Shown here: positions 1 through 14,695 of the stretch, piece by piece
How the letters are laid out: every line of letters begins with the position of its first letter
Position numbering within the stretch: the first letter of the stretch is position 1
Notes under the pieces: generated by a model
Seen by the model: the letters and a program-made list of their open reading frames with translations, nothing else
Told to the model about the DNA's origin: nothing
The model's database searches: none
Source of the DNA: Eledone cirrhosa
Lineage: Eukaryota
Length of the DNA: 64,000 nucleotides
Assembly: GCA_964016885.1 (NCBI GenBank)
Contig: OZ024761.1
Coordinates: 26,412,001-26,476,000 of the forward strand
Reading direction: 5' to 3'
Translations under genes and position numbers: made by a program

Positions 1-122
1 GCCTGGATATATACATATATACATATATACATATATACATAAACATATATACATATATATAAACATATATATATATATACACACATATATATATATATAT
101 ACATACACACACATATATATAT

Positions 123-169
<47 letters not shown>

Positions 170-194
170 TACATACACAAATATATATATACAT

Positions 195-227
<33 letters not shown>

Positions 228-284
228 CATACACACAAATATATATATATACACACATATATATGCACACACACATATATAGAC

Positions 285-395
<111 letters not shown>

Positions 396-929
396 GGTCA
401 AACAATTAGTGCTACTAGGAATAATTATCCTGATAAGACTTCAAGAGGAAATAAAGCTCTTGTATGTGATAAATACATGATATATCTATGATATGATATA
501 GTGATATTGTATAGAAGAAAACTTAAAACTAAAACTTTTTAATGAGATAAAAATATTTTATTCAAAGATATATCATTAATTCAGACAAGTTAGCCTGTTA
601 AGAAGCCAATGAAATATCTACTTTGATAAGTCTACTCACGGTGATATCTTTGTAGAATGAAGCTATTGAGAAGCCGTGTTGATTATATATTTAATTACAA
701 TTTCAAATGTCAAGATTCTCTCCACCATATCTTCCAACTACTGCACCACCATTTGTCGCAACTAAATGTCATAGTCTGTATGATATAGTCAGTAGCTAAT
801 AGATACACACCCATGCATGAGTAATTAATCTGAGTTTGTCTGTCTGTATGTATATATCATTTATTTATATATATATAATATATGTGTATATATAATATAT
901 ATATATATCTATCTAAGGCGGGTAAAATT

Positions 930-1072
930 ACCGAGTTCCATGGACGAGTTCTCTCCAGCGGTCTCTGTCCCTCATCATCGCTGCCATGTCCTGCGTCTCC
1001 AACAGACCAGTGTCTGTCCTTAGGGCATCAACATACGTTAACCTTGGTCTTCCTCTTCTAGTGTGCCCATGT
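930..1072 (-). mobile_element. RTE-clade LINE 3' fragment
   Basis: Minus translation HGHTRRGRPRLTYVDALRTDTGL...MMRDRDRWRELV, a typical RTE C-terminus. Confidence 0.7.
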
Positions 1073-1264
1073 ATAATATATATGTAGGTGTATGGTTGCA
1101 AGAAAAATTGCGTCCGTAGGCGATTTGCAGGTTGAGCACTCGATGCTCACGCAAGTCAGGTTCGATCAATAATAGGTCGTTCCTCGAACTGATCGATAGT
1201 GAAACATATGTAATATGATATTAAATATTTCATGATGCAACACTGGATACTTGTTCCTTTATTC

Positions 1265-1329
<65 letters not shown>

Positions 1330-1926
1330 GAAGGCTGCGAACTCTGTTAAGAGTATTGCAATCGCTTGTCAGATTTCAGAAAATGGTGCACTTTTAGGCT
1401 ACGGCCAGCCACACGAACCGGTAACAGATCATAAACAAGCAATGCCTGTGCTTTGAAGTTTTTTTAAAGTGGGGAAAGGTCTTGCACTCGACAAATCCCA
1501 TTCTCTGAGCACCGAAAACACTACCCGAAAAGGAGAACTGGTCAATATCATCGGATGCTTCCGAAGCCGCAGGTATTTTCTTCAGAGTTTCTCTCTCTTA
1601 GATGTTGTGACAACAACTGGGAAGCTTTCACTCCCAGTAAAAAGAAGAAAAAGTACTACTTGGATGGCCGTTGACTCCACCGCCCTTTGCCGGGTGTTGT
1701 ATTTCATCGTACAGGGTGTCCAAATATCACTCTTCTCACTAAGCTAGCTTGGTGGGGTTGCCAGTTTAGTCAACGACGACCCGACCATGAGACAGGTCGT
1801 AGTGGGTTATATGTTACCAGCAGCACTCGAGAGCGACGTTACATACATACATGCATGCATGCATACATCATACGTACATATATATATATTTGCAAGCATG
1901 TGTGGACATGAGCTGGTGATAGTGTG

Positions 1927-1961
<35 letters not shown>

Positions 1962-2156
1962 GTGGAAGCTTAGTAAAATCGAAGCTTTGGCTGTGGGCAA
2001 GCAAAGTCGACCTACAATATGAATGAGGTAGCAAAGCACTCAATAAGGGTAGGTCCTTAGAGTAACAACATACGTTTAAATAGCTTGACAAATTGAACAT
2101 TGTGGTAGGCAACACCTAACAACACACAATACCAGAGCAACGAAATAACTAACAGG

Positions 2157-2215
<59 letters not shown>

Positions 2216-2219
<4 letters not shown>

Positions 2220-2820
2220 AAGACAAATAGAAATAACGAAGCAAATGACATAGTATAATGAAGAAATATATTATAGTAAGAAAACAATCTTAACGTTTCG
2301 GACGCTAGTCTTTCATCGGAAAATAGAATCAGAAAGTAAAGAAGAAATAGAAGGAGACGTGCAGGGCCGAGACGAAAAACAATCTTTAGAGAAACATACC
2401 AAGTCCATTTATGTTGCCATCCCTTGGATATACATCGACACTCGATCGACTTTTGTCAAATCGAAGAGAGGAAACATGCACAAGTATAGCTCTTTTTACA
2501 AAGCGGTTTTTTTTTTCCATTTCAGGTAGACGCGCTCCATCATTCACTTTTCTAAACAAAATAAATCATACACAAAACGCCAGCACCAATAGTTTTGCAA
2601 GAGATGTCAACATGAATGGACCTGTTATTTTTTTCCAAAGACATTTTTTTCAATTCCAACCCGCCCATCCCCTCAATCTATCTTATTTTTCATTCTTTCT
2701 TCTGATGTTGGACTAGCGTCCGAGACGTTGAGACGCTCTTCGTGCTATATCAAGCGTTACTCTAATATATCCCTTCCATATACTGTGCCAATTGTGTTAT
2801 TTCTGTTTACCTTTTACACA
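2216..2820. mobile_element. Inverted pair of Penelope-like terminal repeats with degenerate hammerhead motifs
   Basis: Reverse strand at about 2290-2322 reads CCGATGAaaGACTAGCGTCCGAAACGTTAA; forward at about 2702-2735 reads CTGATGttGGACTAGCGTCCGAGACGTTGA; similar tails; flanked by (TA)n/(CA)n. Confidence 0.5.
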
Positions 2821-2824
2821 CACT

Positions 2825-2858
<34 letters not shown>

Positions 2859-3565
2859 GTAAGGTGTATTATTGGTTGTGTCATACGGTCCAATAACCTT
2901 TTCTTAGCAATATTAAGTTCTCCACGTTTTTGTATATCTCCAATTCCATTTGTGGGAACAGCTTTGAAAGGGTAGAGCTGTTACCTTACAGGTGTGGATG
3001 CTGGTGTTTTGTGTATCATATATATTATTGAATGGGTAGTATCGAGCGCGTCTCTCTGAAGAGGGAAAAAACCGTTTTGTATATAGAGCTGTAGATGTGC
3101 GTATATATATGTGTGTATTTATTTATACGTCCATACTTTTACTTATATATATATATATATATATGATTGTGTGTAAAGGAAGAGTGGATGTATGTGTATA
3201 AAAGTGTGAAACTGTGAACAAGGGGTGTGTGTATATAAGGGAATGTGTGTCTGTGTTTAAAGAGCTGTGAAGGTAGGTATAGTGGTATGTGAGCGTTTTT
3301 TATCCGTCTGTTTATGCTGTAACAGTACCTGTTTCTGACCATAACAAAGCCACAGGAACACACACACGCGTGTGTGTGTGTGTGTGTTTTATGAACGCCT
3401 TTCTCACGAAAATATATTCTTTATTCTGACTGTTTTCCTGTATACTCTCTACTCACAGGGGAAACGCCTGTTTAAAAACCGGGTTTAATAAAGAATGTGT
3501 GTGTATGTGTGTGTATACATACAACAATACATAGATACATACATACATGAAGAGAGAGACATACG

Positions 3566-3596
<31 letters not shown>

Positions 3597-3661
3597 ACAT
3601 ATATATATATATATATATGTGTAGGTATATATATATATACCTACATATATATATATATATA

Positions 3662-3722
<61 letters not shown>

Positions 3723-3850
3723 ACATATATATATATATATATATATACATACATGTTTATATGTATACACATGTATAAATATACATACATATATATCTAT
3801 ACTCATATATATATATATACATACATATGTATATATATATATGTATATAC

Positions 3851-3893
<43 letters not shown>

Positions 3894-4016
3894 AATATAC
3901 ACACGCAGACACATTATATACACATATATACACCCATATTCACACACACATATATATATAAATAGACACACACACACACTCATATTAATATACAGATATA
4001 TATATATATATAAACC

Positions 4017-4093
<77 letters not shown>

Positions 4094-4644
4094 GTATATA
4101 AACTTGCATATATATATATATATATACGGACTCAAAAAGTGGCGAATCTTTACACAAAATGACGTTATTCATATAAGAAAGTATGCAAAAGGAAAAGGAA
4201 AAATAAAAGGAAAATGGCCGCCGTTTTGTTGACTTACTGCATATTTCGGTTTCATTTTAGGAAAGACACCATCTTCGTTTAAAAGGAGAGCTGAATTATG
4301 ATATCTGAATCGATATTTTACGATTGTTGCAATGTTGAAATAGTGTGCAACTTAACAAACTTATTTTATTGATCATGTTTTTATAGCCTTTATAACTAAT
4401 TCTTCTGCGACAGCAACAGCAGCAGCAGTATGTGTAGAAGCCGAAAAAGGATGTATAAATATATGAGGTTATGCGTACATCTGTGTGAACAAGTGTGTGT
4501 CCGTATATCTGTGTGTCTGTAAATGTGTGTGTGTGTGTGTACGTGTGTGTGTGTGGATACTAGGTGGGTAAGACCGAAATTTCCTTGTGTCAGAATAAGT
4601 TTCTTTAATGTATCCATGTGTGTGTGCGTTTGGAAGTATGTATT

Positions 4645-4688
<44 letters not shown>

Positions 4689-4901
4689 TACATGATTACA
4701 TCTGTATTTATATACACATTGCGTGTGTATATTCGGACTTGTTGCAATATATAAAACTATATATAATTTAGTATATAACCGTGGAGGTGTATCTGAACGA
4801 AATATAAATGTAAAAACTTCAATGCTTTTCTTTATACACATCCTTTATATTATATTTTGTATAATTACATTTATCTATATACACATACATACACAGATAT
4901 G

Positions 4902-4948
<47 letters not shown>

Positions 4949-5491
4949 GCCGAATCTATGAATAAACATTCTTACGACACGGAAACCTTGATTTTATGTA
5001 TATCGATATGCATATATACATATTTGTATGTACGTATATATATATATATAAATAAATAATGTTTACATATATGTGTGTGTCTGTGTTTATGTATATGTGT
5101 GGATAAATCAATGCATAGATGTGTGTGAATAATTTAGCACACGCTCTGCCGATTCATTTGTAAAGGCGACCAGAACGCTGCCTTGACACACACACACATG
5201 CACACACGTGTATATGTGTGTGTGTATGTATATATATATGTGTGTGTGTGTGTGTATATATATATATGTGTGTGTGTATATATATATGTATGTGTGTGTG
5301 TATATATGTGTGTGTGTATGTGTATATATAAACGTGTGTATATATATATGTATATATATATATGTATGTGTGTGTATATATGTATACATATGTGTGTGTA
5401 TATATGTATACATATGTGTGTGTATATATGTATACATATGTGTGTGTATATATGTATATATATATGTGTGTGTGTGTATATATATATATAC

Positions 5492-5537
<46 letters not shown>

Positions 5538-6132
5538 ATGTATACATATGTGTGTGTGTATATGTATATATATATATATATATATGGGGGAGGAGGCGTG
5601 GGTGCCGTTGCAAAGGAAAGAAAGAAAGATAGAAAGAAGCGAAATAATGAGAATCTTCGTCAGACCTCCCCTTCACTTTACACCACTTCACCCAGTAATG
5701 GCTAACCGATCAAGCTATAGGAAAAGCGGTTATTTAAAGCCTTTCAACAACATTGCTTTATTGTTAATCCAATTACGCGCTTTTCTTTCCATCTTGTCTT
5801 TATTTTCTTATTTTTTTCTTCCTCTGCTTAGATTCTCCCTTCTTTTTCTCTCATTTTTCCAGCATTTTTCTGTTCACTTTCTGTCAATTTTCTCAAACGG
5901 AAGTGTTGATATTAATTTTGACAACCATACAGAACTCTTTTCAGAAATTCTATACTGTTCTGAATACTTCAAACGGAAAATCTTTCGAACTGTATTCAAT
6001 TCTAATTTACAAGACTTGCATTGCAGACCTACGTGGATATTTGCTATTAATATGGTTCGTTGAAGAGTGAAAGAGAGAGAGTGAGAGAGACTGAGCTTGA
6101 AAGAGAATTTGACGAAGAGGAAGCTACATACA

Positions 6133-6201
<69 letters not shown>

Positions 6202-6282
6202 GTGTGTTTATATACATATATGTCTATATATATATTTATGTGTTTATATATATACATTTGAATATATGTCTGTAGACATATA

Positions 6283-6322
<40 letters not shown>

Positions 6323-6572
6323 TATATATATATATATATATTTATATATATGTTTATATATATATATATATTCATATATATGTTTATATATATATATATT
6401 TATATCTATGTTTATATATATATATTTATATCTATGTTTATATATATATATATATTCCTATATATGTTTATATACATATATTTATATATATATGTTTATA
6501 TATATATATATATATATGTGTGTATATATATATGTGTAATAATGTGTGTGCCTATGCATATACGTAAGTGTG

Positions 6573-6624
<52 letters not shown>

Positions 6625-6695
6625 ACTATTGATTGCGTCATAGGATCCAGAGAAGCACATCTTTGAATGAACACATACATAGATCGATGTATTTA

Positions 6696-6764
<69 letters not shown>

Positions 6765-7009
6765 ACGTGTGTGTGTGTGTATAAACAAGTACTTCTCAAG
6801 CCACACACACGCGTACCTGTTTGCCTGTGTGTGTGTGCTATATTCATTAAGCATGCATGCTTATCTAATTCGATATTTACACTCAGCATATCAACCCTCA
6901 AAGATGGCGCTGGTATATACAGCAGATATGAAAGCTTTCGCTTAGATTACATATGCTGATGATGGTGATGGTGACGACGACGACGATGACGATGATGGTG
7001 ATGATGAAG

Positions 7010-7220
7010 GTTTCTTATATAGGCACAAGGCCAGCAATTTTGAGGGAGGGGAAAAGCAATTAAATCGACCCCAGTGCGTAACTGGTATTTTATTTTATCG
7101 ACCCCGTAAGGATGAAACTTAACCTGAGCGGGATTTGAACTAAGAACGTAAAGGGCCATAACTCTATGCTGCAAAGCATGGTGCCTGACGCTCTACCGAT
7201 ACTGTGAAACCACCACGCTA
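7010..7220 (-). mobile_element. tRNA-headed SINE, dominant family of the window
   Basis: Matches the core ACTGGTACTTTATTTTATCGACCCCGTAAGGATGAAAGGCAAAGTTAACCTCGGCGGGATTTGAACTCAG found more than 30 times; B box GAGTTCAAATCC on the element strand. Confidence 0.8.
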
Positions 7221-7660
7221 GTAATAATATTAATAATATTAATAATAATAATAAATAACATTTCACATTATTTAACTTATTATTTTTATCATGTTGTTGT
7301 TGTTGCTATGATTTGAAACGAATCAAGAACTATTTGGTTAGCATATATACTTACATATATATTTACATATATATTTACATACATACTTACATATATATTT
7401 ACATATATACTTACATATATACTTAAGTTGGACGTGTAAGTATATATGCTAACCAAATATTGGTAGAGATCACATTAAAGAATCGTGGCAGAAATGGCGG
7501 AATATTTCATCTCTAGAGACAGACAAATAGGTAGAGGGATAGATAGATAGATAGAGAGAGAGATAGAGAGATAGATAGATATAGAGAGAGATTTGATAGA
7601 TCGGAAAAAGAGAGAGAGCGGGGAGGGGCGAATGATTATAGAGATAGAATGCAAGAAATG

Positions 7661-7694
<34 letters not shown>

Positions 7695-8519
7695 GAGAGA
7701 GAGAGAGTGAGAGAGAGAGACAAAATCACAGAGAAAGTGGGGGAGAAATATGTAGATAGAATGCAATAAATAGAGAGATTGATAGATAGAAGAGCAATGA
7801 GAGAGAGAGGGGGGGGGGATTATTATAGAGATAGAATGCAAAAAAATAGATTGATGAATAGATAGACAGAGAGAGAGATGTGGAAGAAAGTAATAGATAG
7901 ATAGATAAAACGACAGAGAGAGAGGAGAGAGAGAGAGCAAAGTTTAGTTGAAAGGGAAATATTGTGTATCAGGAATGGAATGGAATATGGTTTCAAAGAG
8001 CAAGAAAGGAAGCTTAAACATGGACGACAGGTTAAGATATTGGTTCGATTGAATAAATGGGTTTTGAAGAGAGGGTTTGGGGAATGAAACGAGAAATGCG
8101 AGGGAATTCTCTACTAGATATTAAGGAGGGAATTGGAAATAAACGTTATTCAATTTATTTGAGGAAACTAATGCCACTGTCAGCGGATATTAGAGTAACC
8201 CTTCACATTTAGGGGCCAACTACAAAATAATAAAGTCTACTTCACTTATAGGCAGTTGTGAAACAAATCTGTTTCACCAATATGGCTTCGAAGAATCAAA
8301 GATGAAGAATCTAAAATATGGAAATATTCTCAGTGATATTAGATTGAGTGGGTGAATAAATAGGATTTGAAATAAGGGAGAGTCAAATAAGATGCCTGTG
8401 CTTCTGGGATGTTTGTTTACAAACACACCGAGCATTATAATAAATGTTCGGTGAATCCATACGTACATATATATATGTGTGCATGTATGTATATATACAT
8501 ACTACTGTACGTCTGTATA

Positions 8520-8545
8520 CATATATGTATGTACGTGTACATACT

Positions 8546-8599
<54 letters not shown>

Positions 8600-8771
8600 A
8601 ATATATATTTATATATATATTTATATTTATATTTATATATATATTTATATATATATTTATATTTATATTTATATTTATATATATATTTATATATATATTT
8701 ATATATATTTTATATATTTATATATATTTTATATTTATATATATATTTATATATATATTTATATATATATT

Positions 8772-8838
<67 letters not shown>

Positions 8839-8861
8839 ATATTTATATATATATTTATATT

Positions 8862-8914
<53 letters not shown>

Positions 8915-8997
8915 ATTTATATATATATTTATATATATATATATTTATATATATATTTATATATATATTTATACATATATATATTTATATATATATA

Positions 8998-9050
<53 letters not shown>

Positions 9051-9133
9051 TTATATATATATATTTATTTATATATATATATTTATTTATATATATATAT
9101 TTATATATATATATATTTATATATATATATATT

Positions 9134-9197
<64 letters not shown>

Positions 9198-9354
9198 ATT
9201 TATATATATATATATTTATATATATATATATATTTATATATTTTTTTATATATATTTATATATATATATTTATATATATATATATATTTATATATTTTTT
9301 TATATATATTTATATATTTTTTTATATATATTTATATATTTTTTTATATATATT

Positions 9355-9388
<34 letters not shown>

Positions 9389-9425
9389 CATATATATATA
9401 TTATATCATATCATATATCATATCA
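8520..9425. repeat. Long degenerate (TA)n/(TTTA) microsatellite
   Basis: Directly visible; source of the spurious IY-repeat ORFs. Confidence 0.95.
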
Positions 9426-10260
9426 TATACTGACACGGCCCACTATAAGGAGTATATGATCATAATGCTCCCAACCCCCTCAGGAATAAGTTGGCGAATA
9501 AAAGTTTATATATATCAATTTTATTTAATATCTGCTTCCACTGTGATAGCTAAATGAGAGAGGCGGGAAAAGAGTGATGGGGTCTTTAGGAAGGCACAGA
9601 AATAAGTAAAAACAAGACTAAATGATGTTCAGTGAATTTTCATGAGTGATTTATTAAAAACCAGATCAATATATATATGGTTGTGTTATATTAGGACTCA
9701 TCTGGGATTTATATCATAAGAATGTTCTCGATTCAATAATCGCGGTCCTATACTGACTCTCCTGTCCTTGTTGAAGTTCCCACTTACGAAGGTTTAGTTG
9801 GCCTCCTACGAACTTGCATTTCATAGAAATTTTTCTCGGGTGATTTAATGGTAAAGACTCCAATTTTATCAAATCTTGGTATGGTAGGGTCCCGTAACTT
9901 CTGATGGAGTCGTAGGGTCGTTTGGCATCTTAAGCCTGGCGTAGCCCTTATCTTTCAAATTTTATTTTTATGGTAAAAGATAAATTTGATGTCGATTCTT
10001 GTTTCGATAAATATCACTGTTCTTTTTGTCACTGCAGGGAGTGTGTGGAGTTAGCTGAAATGTCAAAAGGTATAGTTTTACTCAGTGATATCCAATCGGG
10101 AGGGATTTAGCAAGCAGGGGTTTAACCCTTTAGCATTTAAACCGGCTGCGTCTGGCCAAGATTCTCTCACCTCTTTCGCTTCAAACCAGCTGTAACCGGC
10201 CATTCATACTGTTAAGATATTGTTTCAAAATAAATGAATATCAAAATCTCATAGATTCGA

Positions 10261-11166
10261 TATTATGTGAGGTAAAGACTTTACCACGAAAATACAATAG
10301 TATATAGAAAGTAATGTAAATGTTATGTGAGATATTATGTGAGGTAAAGACTTTACCACGACAATACAAAAGTATATATAGAGTAATGTAAATGTTATGT
10401 GAGATATTATGTGAGGTAAAGACTTTACCACGAAAATACAATAGTATATAGAAAGTAATGTAAATGTTATGTGAGCTATTATGTGAGATAAAGACTTTAC
10501 CACGACAATACAAAAGTATATATAGAGTAATGTAAATGTTATGTGAGATATTATGTGAGGTAAAGACTTTACCACGAAAATACAATAGTATATAGAAAGT
10601 AATGTAAATGTTATGAGTTATTATGTGAGATAAAGACTTTACCACGACAATACAAAAGTATATATAGAGTAATGTAAATGTTATGTGAGATATTATGTGA
10701 GGTAAAGACTTTACCACGAAAATACAATAGTATATAGAAAGTAATGTAAATGTTATGAGTTATTATGTGAGATAAAGCATTTACCACGAAAATACAAAAG
10801 TATATATATATAGAGTAATGTAAATGTTATGTGAGATATTATGTGAGATAAAGCCTTTACTGTGAAAATACAATAGTATATATAGAGTAATGTAAATGTT
10901 ATGTGAGATATTATGTGAGGTAAAGCCTTTACCACGAAAGTACAATAGTATATAGAAAGTAATGTAAATGTTATGTGAGATATTATGTGAGGTAAAGCCT
11001 TTACCACGAAAATACACAATAGTATATATAGAGTAATGTAAATGTTATGTGAGATATTATGTGAGATAAAGCCTTTACCACGAAAATACAATAGTATATA
11101 TAGAGTAATGTAAATGTTATGTGAGATATTATGTGAGATAAAGCCTTTACTGTGAAAATACAATAG
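10261..11166. repeat. 72-74 bp tandem minisatellite, about 12.5 copies
   Basis: Unit tattatgtgaggtaaagactttaccacgaaaatacaatagtatatagaaagtaatgtaaatgttatgtgaga; first period 10261 to 10333. Confidence 0.95.
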
Positions 11167-11365
11167 GGCTCCGCCAGGTTTAAAAGTGCCCTAGACATGC
11201 CGTATGACGGTGCCTCTATGACTCCACAAGGAATTATTGTATCTTTACCGGTTTTATATTTCGGTCACAAACTATTATCAAACAATTGAAAATATACATA
11301 ACTTATTCGAATACAAATTTAACTGTCAGAGTATAACTTACTTATGATTTCGATTTCGCATTGAT

Positions 11366-11616
11366 CTATTCATTACTCTGGGATAAATAGTGCTTCCAAA
11401 AGTCGCAGGATTTTGTTAAAATATCCATGATGGCTGTTTCACCAACAACAACTATAGCACAAAGTGCTCGTGTCATTACTTTATGTAGTAGGCGTTTGTC
11501 AGTTAACAGCTGATAGTTAGGGATATTAACTGTAGTCTTTTTACTGTTTTCAAATTGTAAGTAGTGGTATTCTTCAATTGAGCTTGTACATAGAATCACT
11601 AGCTTGTATTTCTGGT
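11366..11616 (-). CDS. HELZ: HELZ-like exon with motif VI (LLTDKRLLHKVMTRALCAIVVVGE...FWKHYL), ending in TAG
   Basis: ttttcAG acceptor; resembles HELZ [24 protein letters not shown]...FWERFI. Confidence 0.8.
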
Positions 11617-11644
11617 CTGAAAAAGATAAAATAAAGAGCGGCAT

Positions 11645-11685
<41 letters not shown>

Positions 11686-11731
11686 GTATGTAATGTGTCT
11701 GTATATGAGTGTATATATATGCATGTATATA

Positions 11732-11782
<51 letters not shown>

Positions 11783-11824
11783 TATATATCTATACATATG
11801 TATATATATGTGTGTGTGTGTTTG

Positions 11825-11862
<38 letters not shown>

Positions 11863-11954
11863 TGTATATAGATATGTATGTATATGTATACATGTATACA
11901 TATGTATATATATGCATGCATAAATATATATGTATATATATAAATATATATGTA

Positions 11955-12218
11955 TCATCATCATCATCAACGTTTAACGTCCGTGTTCCACGCTTGCATG
12001 GGTTTGGACGGGGGTGTTCCCACTTAAGGCAAGAGTGATTGTCTTGCTCGCATGGGACTGTCTGGCGGGTTTTCTACAGCTGGATGCCCTTCCTAACACC
12101 AACCACATTTACAGTGTGGGGCTGGGAGGTTTTTACCGTGTTGCCTACACGGCCACATTACAGCGTGGACTGTCTGGCGGGTTTTCTACAGCTGGATGCC
12201 CTTCCTAACACCAACCAC

Positions 12219-12222
<4 letters not shown>
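11955..12222 (-). mobile_element. SINE fragment of a second family, with internal duplication
   Basis: (CAT)n tail, then ggactgtctggcgggttttctacagctggatgcccttcctaacaccaaccacattta twice (about 12055 and 12167). Confidence 0.55.
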
Positions 12223-12274
<52 letters not shown>

Positions 12275-12326
12275 ATATATAAATATATGTGTGAGTATGT
12301 ATGTATATGTATGTGCATATATTTAC

Positions 12327-12542
12327 ATATCTCGATTGAGATATTAAGCCTGAAACAGCAAGAGGATTTTCTGGCCGAGGATTTTCTTTGTAATAAAACT
12401 CGGCTAGAGTATCTACCACGTCCTCCGAAACTCTTTGGGTAGTTTTTAAAGAAACTCTTAGATCCTTGGTCTCAGGAATGTCATCATAATATTTCATGAT
12501 TCTTTTGAAAAGCGAACCAATTCCACCAATGCTGCTGTAGAC
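12327..12542 (-). CDS. HELZ: HELZ-like exon (VYSSIGGIGSLFKRIMKYY...LKTTQRVSEDVVDTLAEFYY)
   Basis: ttttAG acceptor in phase 0 continuing INPK|VYS; corresponds to the SLLDRL...NYRS...I...S.LFY region of Upf1-like helicases. Confidence 0.8.
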
Positions 12543-13564
12543 CTAAAAATCATTAAAAGAACGAAAAGAAATGGTAATTATTAATTTTTCTGTTGGTTTT
12601 TTTTTTTTTTGTGTGGTATTGTTTTTTCATTGAAATGTGGTAATAAAAGCGTTAATAGTTTTTTTAAAAAACTTCCATCGTAAATAAGGAAGGCACCACG
12701 TGACGTGGTGTGGTTGATATATTTTGTGATTGGCTGTTGTTAAGGTACACCACCTAAGATATTGTATTGAGTCTACTACTTTCAATATTCACTTGTTTTT
12801 TATTTATTTTATTTTATTTGTTATTGCAAACATTGTATAATTTAATTGAAATTTGTTAAATAAAATTTATTATTTCTATTTTATGTGAGAAACTTTAAGT
12901 TCCTTGAATTAGCTTAACAAGGAAAATGTTTTATGTTACTAAATCAATTGAAATTTTGATTACTTCAATATTTATTACGAAATCATGGCCAGAGAGGGTG
13001 AAGATAGAGGGAGAGACAGACAGAGAGGGAGAGAGAGACAGAGAGATAGTAGATAGAGAGACAGGGAGATAGAGAGAGATAGCTGGGGGCAGTCAAAGAC
13101 ATAGAGAGAGTGAAGGACTGAGAGAGAGAACATTTCGAGAGAAAGGACAGCAAAAGCGAAACTAGAGAGAGAGCTCGCAGACAGAGAGAGATCAATCAGA
13201 GAGAGAGAGACACACACAGGTAGACGGAGCAGTCAGAGAGAGAGAGAGAGAGAGCAATCAGAGAGAGACATGGAGACAGAGAAGGACTGAGAGAAAGAAA
13301 TAACAGCCAAAGAGAGAGTCTAGCCAGAGAGAAACCGAACAGGAGAGAGGCCAGTCTGAGAGAAAGAGTAAAAGATAGACCAGTCTAAGAGTGAGAGAGA
13401 GAAATAGAGAGAGAGGGAGAGACTGGAGAACCTCTTACAAGGTTTCTATACGTCGTGATGATAGATATTTGATTAGAAGAAGGAGGAGATGGAAGGGCGA
13501 AGAAGGACGGAGAAAAAGGAAGAGAATGAAAAGGAAAAAGGGAGAACATGACGAAGTCATATAC

Positions 13565-13936
13565 CTTAGGGTTTATCTGACATGTGTCCCCTAAAATAAC
13601 GATATGTGTTGCTTCTGTTGCCATGGTGAGTGGAATGATTGATATAGTTTCTAAACCCTGGTCGGCTTCATCGATATATATGTGTGTAAAATGACCTCTC
13701 AGGTCGAACTGTAGGACAGAGTATACAGTCTCCTTAGAGGTCACTACTACAGAGGCATTTATAATGGTATTTTTACTTCTGGCATCCGACATGATCTGCT
13801 GATCTGTTAACAATTCATAGCCCAAACATTCATTGAGTTGAGGAGTTCTCTCCCTTGTGTGAATATAGAGAAGGGTGTGGGTCTTTTAACTATTTCTGTA
13901 TTCCTTTCAATTTGACGAGCAACATACACAGCCGTT
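13565..13936 (-). CDS. HELZ: HELZ-like exon with motifs II (IYIDEADQ) and III (ILGDTCQINP); contains a 1-nt frameshift
   Basis: ccAG acceptor, AAG|GTAT donor; 5' part reads TAVYVARQIERNTEIVKRPTP in one frame and LLYIHTRER...HFTHIYIDEADQ in another. Confidence 0.85.
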
Positions 13937-14029
13937 CTGGAAAAGTGAGAAATATAAAGCGGTATATATGTGTATGTATGTATTTATATATATATATAAC
14001 CAAAATCAAATTAATTGTTTGATCTGTCT

Positions 14030-14103
<74 letters not shown>

Positions 14104-14387
14104 ATGTCAATCGATTTTTAATTTAATGCTATATATATATACACACATATATATATATATGTATATTTATATACATATATGCACATACACACACACATAT
14201 AGGTTTATATATAAATATATATATATATGCACATATACACACACACATATATATATGTATATTTATATGCACATATACACACACATGCATATATATATAT
14301 ATATAGATATATATATATGCACATATACACACACACACATATATATGTATATTTATATACACATATATATGCACATATACACGCACA

Positions 14388-14430
<43 letters not shown>

Positions 14431-14539
14431 GAAATGACAGAAGGCTGGATTTGTGTAAATCCTTGAAAGGTTTATTATACTATGATCATTTCAATGACCG
14501 GGTTCCGTATGAATCCGGTGATATCAGTTCAACCGTCTT

Positions 14540-14618
<79 letters not shown>

Positions 14619-14695
14619 GCATGTTTGTATCTATGGGTATTAATTCTTTTCTCAAATTCCTCAATCAATAATACAAAAACCTTGCAATTACTTAC

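Noticed and set aside
420-760. Possible CR1-like reverse transcriptase remnant
   Set aside because: Only a few residues resemble the motif across multiple frameshifts; insufficient support
1330-2150. ORFs 1469..1747 and neighbours as a gene or transposase
   Set aside because: No recognisable motif in any frame examined; probably an old TE remnant
3495-9459. Long IY/YI, CV and HT repeat ORFs (here and throughout the window)
   Set aside because: Translations of (TA)n, (CA)n and (GA)n microsatellites; no coding signal
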